Positions 24,501 through 37,402 of a stretch of 64,000 nt of DNA are shown in pieces. Below the pieces are notes generated by a model. The model saw only the letters and a program-made list of their open reading frames with translations, had not been told where the DNA came from and searched no databases. How positions within the stretch are numbered: position 1 is the stretch's first letter; each line of letters starts with the position of its first letter. This DNA is from Gnetum montanum (lineage: Eukaryota; Plantae; Gnetophyta). The stretch spans positions 70,529-134,528 of the forward strand of contig MNCI01001005.1 in NCBI GenBank assembly GCA_015680685.1, given 5' to 3'. The translations under genes were made by a program, and so were the position numbers.

Positions 24501-27500
24501 TAATGAGCCAAGCAAAATTTGGTGCGAGATACCTGTAAAATTTATTTTCTTTTTTTTCTCTATTCTAGAGATTGTCACCTCATCTATGACTGACCTATCA
24601 TTTGTATCCTGTGGAGGAAAGGTTAAAATGAACAAATAAAATAATCATTGAATAAATAATTAACTATATGAAATATAGAATGAAATTAATTAAAATGCAT
24701 AATTTTGACAAAGATACTTATTAAAATTGAACAAATTTTTTGGGTTCAACATAGCTCCCGACTAGCCTATGGCTAGTTCCTGGTTATAAAGGTGAAAATA
24801 AAACATTAATATATACATAAAATTATACTATTGTTATTCTAAGATATATGTTTTAGGTTAAAAAATTAATTAAAATTGTCCATTAAGCAAATGTTTATTC
24901 ACTAATTATTCATTAAGTATGTATATATGATTATTCCTCTTTTTGATGATAAATTCTTATTCTTTGATTTGAGTCCACATATAACTCGATTAGAAAGGCC
25001 CTACCTAGGATTTCTTGAGCATAATGTCACCTCACAAGGTTTGCTTCATTAGGTGTAAGAATGTCTTATAACCTCAAGGTTTAAACCTCTCCTATGATTT
25101 AAAGATTTGAGATGCATTACTTACATCTAATTCATTCCCTAACTTGTTCTTGGTTTAGCTTCCAATTTGGTTCTACCCTACTATTATATCCCTTATTACA
25201 TGGTTATCCTCCCCCTTAATTCAGCTAAGGTATGTAACATACTTAGGTTAATTAGAAAAGATAAATTATTAAAAGGAAACATGATCAAAGGATATACCAA
25301 AAGCAAGAATTTCCCTGGGTTTTATATATCTAGACTAAGAGGGAACCAAAGGTAATGGGTGAAGAAGTGTTAGTATTCATCATTAGCTACCATAGTAGGA
25401 ATCTTGACCACTAACACTTATGGAAGACATGATGGGAAACACAAAGAAAACCCACGCACAAAAGTACCACTAGTCAAATGAGATGACCATGTAGAACAAA
25501 AATGGGATGATAACTCAAAAATGAAAAATAAGAATATCAAACGGTAAAAATTCCGTAACTAGAAAAAAACAATAATATGAGAAGTGCAAAACAAAAACAA
25601 AGAAAAATAAGAGTCTAAAAGGTACAAAGAAACATAAGTAAAGTAACTAGATAACAAAGTAGAAGGAATGATTAAAGGTGAAGATGTCCATTAAGATACC
25701 AACTGTGGATAAGTGACTTCTTCACTACCAATGTTATACCCTAGTTCTAAGGTAGTGGCATCAAGAGTAGATTGATAATTGGTGCCTAACGCTTAAATAC
25801 TTTGCTTATGGAAAGGGGTTCTTGTAGGATGCTTAAAAGTATGAGCTTAGAGCATCATCCCAACTATAAAGTTCTTGTGGGAGTGGGGCTTAGCTCATGA
25901 TTAAAGGTTTTTGTGGGGTTATTTTTCTTGGTTTTTTTTGTCTTCTTGTTTTTTTAGTTCACTAAATTCAATATTTGACCAACTTCAATCATGAGGTCCT
26001 TATGGGAGCCAATTTCATTTTATAGGGGTTGCTCACATGGCTTAATATAGATAAATGCCTTTCACTACTGAAGAAATAAGGTCCAATAAGCCAAATATCA
26101 ATAAACATTGCCTTAAACTAAGCTATGTAGCCACCTTAACTTATGAACAATGTACTTAAAGAATATTATTTTAAAAAACATAATGAAATTTATTATGTGT
26201 AAGAAACTTATTAGTCTAAGGCTCACCCTTAGTTAGATTTTGGGTTTAAACCTACCTATTTCAAGGTAGGAGGAGTTTTCCTTCTCCCTTGCATTCCAAA
26301 CATGATGCCACTAAATTCTTTATAGCCCCAACTCACAATAGAATGTCCTATTGACCTCTACATTTTTGAAGGTGAAAGTTGTAGACTGAATATAATTCTT
26401 TTATTAATTTATTTGAGGATGAAAGAGTTTGGTTTAGGGGTATATTTAAGAGCTAGGATTTCTAATGAATGGTTTTCATGTAATTAATTTGTAGTGGAAT
26501 ACGTTGGATTACTTAGCTCTATTAATTTGTCTTCTCTAGGTTCCTCAATGTGGTGTTGATGATATAACTTAAGTCGTTGACCATAGACTAGGAACATTGT
26601 TGAGGAATCATTAATAGGTGATATGAGGAAACTTCCATTATCATGGGATTGAATAACTAAATAAGAGTCTTCCCACCTAGTTGTTAATTTGGCTGAAAAT
26701 TTATGTAGTCTCTATTATAAAGTAAAACTTTATCACCTATGGACAATTATTTTTTAAAGATACTCTTATCGTGTAATGTTTTCATTTGTCATTTTACAAT
26801 TCTTTGTTTGTTCAGAGCATGTAGCCTCATTTTGTCAAGTTCATGAAGTTGATTAATTCTAGAGGCTTGGTTCATATCTTCATCAAAATTAAGTTGTTGG
26901 GCTAATCATAAGGATTGATATTTGAGTTCGACTAGTAATAAACATAACTTACCATAAACCAATTGATAAGGTGAATATCCTCAACTTGGCTTATAAGTAA
27001 TTCTATAAGTCCAAAGTGCATCTTGTAATTTTTTAGACCAATCCTTCCCTTTAGTACATATAATATTTATTAATATATTTAAAATAATTCTGTTAGCATT
27101 TTCTACGTGGCCATTTGTTTGTGGATGATAGGCAGTAGCTATCTTATGTTGGATACGACAAGACTTAAAGGAATTTTTCCATGATTTTATTGAAAAAATG
27201 GGTTCCTTAATCACTAATGATTACCCATGGAGTTACAAAATGTGTTAAAATATTTTTCCTAAGAAATGCTACAACTACCTTTACATCATTTGTTGGGGTG
27301 GCTTTTGCTTCTACCCATTTAGTAACATAGTTAATACAAACAAAAATGTATTAACATCCATTAGATGGTGGAAATGGGCCTAAAAGTCTATTCCCCACAC
27401 TTCAAATGGTTCTGTTATTAAAATTGGTTTAAGGGGAATTTCATGTCTTTTTATTATGGCTCCCATTCCTTGACATTTATCACACTCTTGCACATACTTA

Positions 27501-30500
27501 TGTGCATCTTTAAAAATGGAGGGTCAATAAAATCTACTTTGAATGATTTTGATAACAGTATGTTTACTATCAAAATGGCCTTCTCCTAAATCATTGTGGC
27601 ACATTTGTAGAATTTCTTGTTGTTCATTTTCAGCCACACATCTTCTTGCTATGTTATCTTTACATATTTTATAGAGGTATGGACTACTCCAAATGTATCT
27701 AGATATGCTACGTAAGAAAGATTTTTTTTTCCTTAGTCCAATTGGTAGGAGTTTTCATAGTAGCAAGATAGTTGGCTATATCAGCAAACCAAGGATCCTT
27801 CTTTGTAGAAAAAAGTTGTTCATCAGGAAATTAATTATGAAAAATTCCTTGTGTTTAGTTCTCATCAGGAGTTTCTAACCTAGAAATATTATCTGCCACT
27901 ACATTTTTCTGACCTCTTTTATCTAGAATAACTAAGTCAAATTCTTGGAGTAATAAACACCATCTCATTATTCGTGCATTTTTTATTTTTTTGATAGCTA
28001 AGAATTTAATGGCTAAATCATCAATATATACTCTAGTTTTATAACCAATTAAATAATGTATAAATTTATCTAGAGCATATACAATGGCTAATAATTCTTT
28101 TTCTGTAGTTGTATAATTTACTTGGGCTTGGTCTAGACTTTTGGACACATAATAAATCACTCTTGGTTTATTATCAATGTATTGTCCCAAAATTTCCCCC
28201 ACTACTATGTCACTAGCGTCACACATTAAATCAAATAGATAATCCCAATTAGGTGAGTTTAATATAGGGGTTGAGGCTACTCATTTTTTTAGTTCCAAAA
28301 ATGCTTCATGACAATCATTGGTCCAAACAAATGAAACATCCTTTTCTAGGAACATATATAGTGGTTTAGCAATTTTTAAGAAATCTTTGATAAATCTTCT
28401 ATAATATCCAGCATATCCTAAAAAGGATCGAAGAGTCTTTAAATTGGTTGGAGTTGGTAGTGTAGATATGACTCTTATTTTTTCATCATCTATTATTATC
28501 CCTTCTTTAGAAATAACATGTCCTAATACGATGCCACTTGTAACCATTAATTGACTCTTTTCCCAACTTAATTTTAAGTTTTTATCTATGCATTTATCTA
28601 AGACATGTTCAAGATTTTGTAAGGCTTCATCATAAGAATCCCCCATAAATTGAAAAATCATCCATAAATATTTCAACATAATTCTCTAATATATTTGAAA
28701 ATATTGAAATCATGGTTCTTTGGAAAGTGGCTAGTACATTACAAAGGCCAAAAGGCATTCATCTATAAGCGAAAGTTCCATAAGGACATGTGAAGGTTAT
28801 TTTATGTTGGTCTTCAAGGGCAATAGCTACTTGATTGTAACCACTAAATCTGTCCAAAAAATAGTATTATTCATGTCCTTCTAATTTTTCTAGAATTTGA
28901 TCTATGTATGGTAATGAAAAATGGTCCTTTTTGTATTTTGGTTTAATCTTCTATGGTCTACACAAACTCTCCATTTTCTACCATTTTTTGGAACTACAGT
29001 GATGGGACTTACCCATTAACTATCTACTATTGGATAAATGATTTCTTCTTTTTAAAGTTTTGAAATTTCATCTTTAACTATTTTTTTAAGGTTGGATTAA
29101 TTCATCTTGGGGAAATTATTATTGGTTTGACATTGTCTTCTAGATAGATATGATGTTGGCAAATGTTGGGTGAGATTCCTTGGTGAAGGTCCCCATAGCT
29201 CCATGCAAATGCTTCAGATTTTTTATAAAAATTTTCTAATAATTTGTTTTCTTTTTCATTGGTAAGTTTAGAGTTTAATATTAATGGTTTATTTTGATCT
29301 AAAAAGATATACTTAAGTGTATTAGGTACTTCTTTAAGCTCCAAGGAATCTTTATTTATACATTGTATTATTTCTCCAATATTTCCTGACTCTAAATTTA
29401 GAATTTAGTCAAGGAGATCTTGTTGTTCCTTAGTTGAGGGGTCTAAAGGTCCTCCCTCAAGATTTTTTAACACTAAGGTTTCCCTATCTTGTGTCGTTGT
29501 TGAAGTGCATAGAGTGTAAAGCATTCTTTCTTCCTTCAAGTCTATATTTAAATGATCTTCTTTTACCTTATCATATATATTTAGTGTAAAAGTGAGACTT
29601 ACAAATGAAAGTTGAAGTTGGCCAGATCTATAATTAATTATCGCATCAGTTGTTGCTAACCAAGTTCTACCTAATATAATAGGAAAACAATTAGGATCTT
29701 CTACTTCTAGGATAAAAAAATCAATTGGCAATTTTCCCTTTTCTACCTCTATTATTAAGTCTTCTATGATTCCTATGGGTTTTACACTTGAAACATCAGC
29801 CAATGATATTGTCAAGTTTACTCTTCTTATATCTTCTATATCTAGTGATCTAGCCATTTCAAGAGCCTTAATATTAATACTAGCTCCTAAATCCAATAGG
29901 GAATTCATAATTTCTTGTCCATTTATCTTGATTGGAATGGTAGGAACTCCTGGATCTTGGTATTTAGGAATTTCATATCGTTGTATAAGTTGAGAAAGGT
30001 TATCAACTAAATAAGCTTGTTTAGGATTTTTTTCTTTTCTTCTCCTAGTGCATAATTCCCTTAAGTATTTGGCATAGAGCAGTGTGTCGTTTACTACTTG
30101 TTCTAAAGGAATATGTAAGTATAATTCACTAAACCTTTTTTCAAGATGGGCTTTGGTTGTGAATTTTTTTTGTAATCATTTAGGAAAAGGAGGTAAAATT
30201 GTATGTCTAGAGCATAATGGTTGTTCTTTTTTCCTAGTTGGTTGATCTTTCTCATTGACTACTTATGGTTCTATTTCCTCTTGTGTCTCTACCTCTTGGA
30301 ATCTCACCTTCTTTTTAGGTTCAATTTTTTTTCCGCTCCTTGTAGTAATGGAATGTAATTTCTCTTTTCCTTTTCTTTGAGATGTAGGATTAGGTTCAGG
30401 TTGATATGGTAATTCATTTCTAGTTAAGTCCTAGAATCTTCTCCTAGTTTCACTCATAAATTGTCTACTTTCTTCTATAAAGGAAGTGAGGCTTTAGGTG

Positions 30501-33241
30501 AGTTTATCCAAATGTTCATTAGTTGGATTCTTAAATGGCCTAAAATTATTTTGAGGATATTTTTGTGGGTAAAATGGTCATTGAGGAAAGTTCATTTTTG
30601 GTTGGCTCTTAAGTTGTTGAAAAGCCTTAGCCGACTCTTGCATTTTCTCTTGAAAATAATACAAGGCTAGGTAGGTTGTTTGGCCATGTTGGGGACTTCC
30701 ACAAATGTTGCATGCTTCACTTTGAATTCCATGATCTTGTTTTTTAATTAATCATGTTAACTCATTGACTTTTCTATTTAATTGTTTTGTTTGTTGAGCC
30801 ATGCCTTGCATAATGTTGGGTTTTGGCCAATGTTTACTTTGGTCTACTAATGAATCTATAATTCTCCAACCATCTTCTAGTGTTACATTTAAAATATTTC
30901 CCCCACATGCAAAGTCAACATTTTGCCTACAATATGGTAGTAAATCTTCTACAAAGATTTGGATTAATTAATGAGCTAGGAAGCCAAGGTTTGGATTTTT
31001 TAAACATAACCATTTAAATCTATCAAAGGTGCTTTCATAGTCCTTATCCTCATGTTGCATAAAATTCATTAATTTCTTTCTTAATGAGTATAGCCTATCA
31101 TTAGAAATAAATCTTTGTAGAAAATCATTTTTAAACTCATCCCAAGAACTAATTTGTGTTCGAAGGGTTTGTAGCCAAAAATCATCCTTGTCTTTTAGGG
31201 TTGATTTGAAAGCAATCATGTTAGTTCTATCCCCACTTTGAGGTGCTAACATAGCTAATGTTATTTCAAATTCTCTTATATGATTGATCAAATCTTCATC
31301 ATTTGTCCCCTTAAAAATAGGTAATAGGTGAATATTTTTAACCTCTACATCTCTTCCTTGTGGAAAAACCAATGGGCCCTAAGGTATAATTGATGTTCTC
31401 TAATTTAATAATTCTCCAAGGGTTTGTCTTGGCAATGGATAATTAATTTGAACATTAAAACTTAAACTACTAAAAGAAAGAGGAATTGGTCCTAAAGAAA
31501 ATGGAGGAGGTACATGATGTGAGGATGATCCCATAGTATAAGTTGAAGCTACTATTGGAGTTACTATCAGACTTGGTAATGAGGTTACTTTTGGTGGAGT
31601 TTGTATATTTAAAGTACTTATTGGTTGGGTAATACCTCCTATTGTGGTTACATAGGTTGAAATTGGGATAGTATTTAGATTTTGAGATCCTGCCCCTGTA
31701 GTTGAACTCATGGTTGATGTTAGAATGTCAAATAGAGGATTTCCAGTTATGGAAAAAATAGGTTGTATTTTCTTGTTGGGATTTTGTGTCTTTTTAGGGG
31801 AAAATAATCAGATCTTGATCGTATTGGTTGTTCTTGATTTTGATTTTGGTTAACTTTTGTACATTTATAAAGGCTAAGAGTGCTTCTAGACAATTGAATT
31901 TGTGTAGGTTTCTTTGGTTGCTTTGTTGATTTCATGAACACTCTTTGTTGACACATCCATGGGCTACCATTCCTAGAAATTTATAAATTGATTTAATGGC
32001 TACAACTTTAATTGCAACTTTTTGAACTTTTTTAGCTGGTGGTATGATAAGAGGAGCTGATTCCTTAGATTTTTCTTTATTTTTATTTTTATTTTTTAAA
32101 AAATAAAAACAAGTAAAAGAAACCATTTCTGAAAAATAAAATGCATGAACAAACAAATAAAATAAAATAAAAATTAAAGCTTACTGAACCCTTGATGATG
32201 ATTAGCTTTGTCGACCTCCTCGACAATGGCACCAAATTGATGAGCTAGGAAAAATTTGGTGTTGGATACCTTTAGAATTTATTTTCTTTCTTTTTTCTAT
32301 TTTAGATATTGTCACCTTGTCTATGACTAACCCGTGAGTCGTATCTTGTGGAGGAACTGTTAAAAAGTCAAAGAAATCATCAAGATAATAAATAGTTAGA
32401 ATTAATCGAATTAAATTCCATACTTATGCCTGTCACTCATAAGTAAAATTATAAACCTTTATCCTAACTTCTAATCATAAGTTCAAGAATAAAGATTTAT
32501 AATTAAATCAAATTTAAATTATAAATAATAATTGAAGATCACAAAGGAGACTTTCCTAAACTACAATTCTACCTTGCTATCTCCATAATGCAGCAATTTT
32601 GATTGTGAATTATAAGAATTGCCACAATGCTCAACAAATCTTTAACAAAAATCTCAAGAATAATTAATTTTAATGTGATATGAAATTTGCTAGTATCAAC
32701 TCCTCCTTTCCTATTTTCTCAAAAGAAATGAATTTTTTTAACATGTATGCATAATCAATTTTTCTCCCTTTTTTAGTGCCTGATAAATGTCTTATTTATA
32801 TTGAAAAAAGGTTTAAAAATAAATATTATAATAATATATGGGTATTGCAAAACCCATTATTGATTAGTTAAAATTGATACTACTGCTAATCTTGGCTTTC
32901 TAATGTTTTAAATTAATATAGATTTTTAAGGAAGCAGCAAAAGAGGCATATGTGATGCTCCATGCATTCATCCAAGAAGAAGGTTTGATTTGAGTCAATG
33001 GAGAATCTGACAAAAAAGCATGCATAATAGCATCAATTGGCGTATACTTTGCCTGATTCCCTTATCATCTATGAAATTCTCTACCATGGCCTTCATTGGT
33101 GCCTTATCCTTCTCAATCTCCACCACGCCATTGCCTGTACCGATGTTTAAAAATAAGTATTTTAATAATAATATATATATATAAAATAATATTTTATAAT
33201 ATATTTTATGTAATATATATATATAATATAATATAATTTAT
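24501..33241 (-). mobile_element. Athila-like element, second family (AT-rich); 5' LTR runs into the N gap
   Basis: U5 ends at 24501 and 32238 share ~130 bp. PBS TGGTGCCATTGTCGAGGA (tRNA-Asp type) at 32217-32234. Full gag-pol domain order on the minus strand. Confidence 0.88.
26540..31711 (-). pseudogene. gag-pol (gag, protease, RT, RNase H, integrase) of the second Athila-like family
   Basis: LLPIFKGTNDEDLINHIREF, LLDLGASIN, PIILGRTWLAT, FLGYAGYYRRFIKDF, MCDASD...YTTTEKELLAIV, AYHPQTNGHVE. Confidence 0.9.
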
Positions 33242-33375
33242 NNNNNNNNNNNNNNNNNNNNNNNNNNNNNNNNNNNNNNNNNNNNNNNNNNNNNNNNNNN
33301 NNNNNNNNNNNNNNNNNNNNNNNNNNNNNNNNNNNNNNNNNNNNNNNNNNNNNNNNNNNNNNNNNNNNNNNNNNN
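33242..33375. other. Assembly gap (134 N) preceded by TA-rich low-complexity sequence
   Basis: Run of N. Confidence 1.
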
Positions 33376-33759
33376 ATGATTTTTATTACATTGAGGCATA
33401 ACCCATGAATTGGAAAGAATTTTCCACCTCATGTAGCCACTTCAAAGCTACTAATAGATCTTGAACACTATCAAAAGATGGAGATTTTAACCTCCTAAAC
33501 TACTTCATAAAGACTTACTCAATAGACCTTCTACCACTAGTGTTTGAGTACTTAGATTGGTACTATTCACCATATTCAACATTAAACTAATTTTGAATCC
33601 TCAAGTAAGTAAACATCTTCCTCATCATATGATTTTAAGAGACTTTTCCGTTGGGTTGATTAAGGTTTTCCCTAGTCGTAATCTCAAAGATCCCTCTTGA
33701 CAACATCCTACATCACAAATCTAAGAATACTTAACAAACCTTTAGCTTTGATACTAACT

Positions 33760-36736
33760 TGTAATACCCTACTAACTATGCTCAACCTAAAAATACATTA
33801 CTTAGATAAAAATTGAAAAGTACAAAATAACATAATATTTCATAATAAAATCAAACGGATGCCAAGAAAATTCCATAGGCAAGAAAAAGTACATATCCAT
33901 GAAATAAGTGCATAGGAAAAAGAAATATGTTGCAAAAGATAAAACATTATAAAGGAATACAAAGAAAATAACACCATGCATACAAAACCTAATCTTTTCA
34001 CTAAGAAAACTAGGATGTATTCCTATTACCCAAGCTAAAAGTTATAATACAATGTTGGAGATATTACAATGGAAATTGAATATAGATAATACAATATAAT
34101 GCTGAAATAATAATTAGTTCAAAAAGGAAATTAGGATTTAATGTTAAATATAATTAGACAATTTTCAATAACTACATAGTAATAAATGTAACATAACTAA
34201 AGATCAAATCAAAATTTCAAAGATAGGCAAAGAATAGTATATAATTTTACATAAAATACTAAATACAAAAATTTTAATTGAAAATTACAACATAAAATCA
34301 CAAATTAAGATAAAAACATAATGGTAGAAGTAATCAAAATCTAAATAGAAATTTAATCATCAATTGTTTCTTCTAAATCCTCCTTATCACAACCAACATA
34401 ATCACCTGGAAATCAAATAAAATAAATGGAATTAGTTCTAAGATTGATTAAAATAAATAACTAACAAAATAATGCCTTATGGATTTGATTAGAGGCTCTA
34501 GTAGCTAGACAATCATAAACATGGAATAGTTGCAAATAATAGTTAGATAAACAAATACCAATAAAATACAACTACATATTAAAAAATAATACTAATAATC
34601 ATAATAAAGATCTAACAAATTAATATCCAATGAATTGAAATTTTAGCACCATCCATTAACCAAATGAATCAAATAAACAAATTGTATTTACCAAGATATA
34701 CTTCCCACATAAGCACTTATCTCATTACCATGATATGCTTCATGTGTGGTTATTGCAAATTGTTAATGTTACTAAAAAATCAAATCTAATGTTAAATGAT
34801 TAACTATCAAATTAAAACAAATTAATAAATTCCAAGATTATGGAGAAATGAAGCTAAATTAATCAAAGATAAAAAATAAAATTTGCCAAATCTTTGAATG
34901 TTAAACTAAACCAAGACTAAAATGTATATTCTAATGAAAATTTGAAAATTCAAAAAAATTCCAATTAAGAAACTTAAGCTCCTATAGGTCGATCTAAGCT
35001 TCTAAAAATGCTATAATTTCATTGATTGTTGTTTCATGTTTTTAGACATTACAAGAAGTCCTAAAAGTTTTATTTTTAACCATTTTCTTATTTTTTCATT
35101 ATCCAAAAGTTAGGGATTGCTTTAGAGATGTTGCTCAGTTTTCATCATAGATCCAAAAATTCTAATGCCATTCATCATAACTTGTATCATGCTTGCAAAA
35201 TGGGATCACAATGAATTGGGAAGGTATATTCAAGATCCACTCTAGCATGTCATTCAACTATATCTTTTGGTCCATCAATGTCCAACATTGTTTTAGGGGT
35301 CAAAATGTGGAAAATGAATTTTAACCCTAGTTCTATGGTTGAAATTTTGGCAGAATTTGGAATAAAGAAAAACCATGGTCAAAATTGGTCAAAATGTCAT
35401 CAAAACATTGACTAACTTCTCATGCATGAATCCAGATCTCATAAATTGATAAGATTAGAGAAAATAATAATAAAATATTTAGATATGAGAATTTAGGTAA
35501 TTTGACAAACAATTATTAAGCAAATGGAATAGGAAAAACTATATGTGCATAACAAAAAAATAACTAAAAATCATACTAGATGCAAACACCAAAATTACCC
35601 TACCTAAAAATGATAGCATTGCAAAAAATGATTTTTGTGTGCCTTCGATCCCCCAAACAAGCTTGAACTCCTAGGAAAAAATTGTAGGTCAATGATGAGA
35701 TCTAAGAAACATCTAAAATAAGACCTAGAATTATGATTTACAATAGGTTCTCATTGACAATGCAAATCTAGATCTAGCTGCATCTCCAAACTACCAAAGT
35801 CTCCTTCTTTAGCTCTATCACCTAGATTTCAACTATGCAATTAGTTGATCCCTCATAGAATAATTGCTAGGTATATATTTATTTACAAGGGTTTGGTAGC
35901 ATTGGGTCAATAGAGCTCTTATGATAAAAAATAAATTAAAAAGAAATTCTAATTCTAAAATTATTTTTAAATCCTTTTTTAACATAGGTTGGTATCCAAT
36001 GTTGGTTTAATGAGCATATCCTATAAGAAAATAGCTATGTTTGAATCCATTCTTCTAGTTATGTCTAAGTCTAGCCTATTAATAAAGTCCAAAGTATAAA
36101 ACATAAGTAATAAAAAGGCTATCATGAGATCCTCTCAAAAATACTCTTAAAAATTAAAAATTAAAAATAAAATATCAAAATATAATTTTACAAAAAATTA
36201 TAATTTATCCAAACAAAGTGTACCTAAACCAAAGTAGTAACCCATGTGCTAATGACCCATGCTGATATTTGCTAATCCAAAATTCTAATAAAATTCCAAA
36301 GGTACATATGATAAAATTAAAGGAAAAATTTGAAAATGTAAAAAATATTAAAAAATAAAATAAGACTAAAGAAAAGGAAAATCAAACATTAAAATATATT
36401 ATAAGAAAAGAGACACTTAAAAAGAGGATAGTAATGAGGTGTTAGCCTAGTAGTATGGATCTTGGTCTGGTAACCTAGGTCAAGAGTTTGATTCCACTAG
36501 GTAGCATTGAGTTATAAACTTCTATAATTCTTAAGATGTACTTATGTTTCAACTATTTAAAGTTTTGACACACCTAACAAGAGGGTAGAAAACCACATAG
36601 CTCAAACCACAAAAAGCATAGGAAACCAAAAGGAAAAAGTTAATAAAGTATAAGACATAGGTTAGTAAACAAGATGTCAAGGATTCAAATCGCAAACACA
36701 CCAAGGGATAAGAGTATCTATGGTAAGGGTGTTACA
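33760..36736 (-). repeat. ~3-kb 5' LTR of the Tekay/Del element
   Basis: 10-bp near-perfect terminal inverted repeat, adjacent to the PBS. Confidence 0.85.
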
Positions 36737-37402
36737 CTAAGATCATTGACTTTTTACTTCTATAAGAAAGACCTTGCCTAGATTTACTAGAAAGGAACAA
36801 CTATTACCATTACTCATGTAGGTGTTAGGTAATGATTCCAAATGTTTCACTATTAGGTGGTAACTCTTTTGTCCTAGGTTAGGTGCACTCTTGAATTGGG
36901 AAATGAACCCAAGAGTATAAGCTAATGAGAGTATCTATAAGATCACACCAAAGAAGAATGGGAAAAGGACCCACCACAAAAATAAGTGAAAGCAACGGTT
37001 ATTGGTTACCTACCCTTACCAGAAAACATATCTCTTTCCTAGATGAAAGAACTACCTTTCTTTAGCACTTTTATATAGTTACATCTTGGCATCTACTAGC
37101 CTAGGTATAATTGCTAGGTAGGTGGTTATCGACTAGTGTAATTGAGATGGAAATATATCTAGAAGATAAGCTAAAAATTATTGAAATTACCCCTACAATA
37201 TCCCACATATTTAAAATATGTAATAAGTATTTTTTCTTATTGCTCATAATTCTTGGAAATAGACATCTAGATTTATAATAACTTTCAACTAATCAATATT
37301 GAAGCCATTCTTGATATATAACTTGCTCTGTCTACTTATTTTCTTTACATTTGGAAATGCTTTTAACTATTTGTTCTCTACTCTATTTGGAAGCTTTAAT
37401 GT

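Larger units (their letters stand above)
21975..36736 (-). mobile_element. Tekay/Del chromovirus, split in gag by the element at 24501-33241; integrase missing
   Basis: 5' LTR 33760-36736 with TGTAATACCC/GGGTGTTACA termini. Decayed iMet PBS at 33745-33756. gag N-terminal part at 33376-33640 and the remaining gag-PR-RT-RH at 21975-24500. Confidence 0.85.

Noticed and set aside
36436-36505. Functional tRNA gene
   Set aside because: Only box-like motifs; acceptor and anticodon stems cannot be formed convincingly.
36737-37402. Identity of the basal sequence between the Tekay and family A elements
   Set aside because: No termini or coding motifs recognisable; left unannotated.
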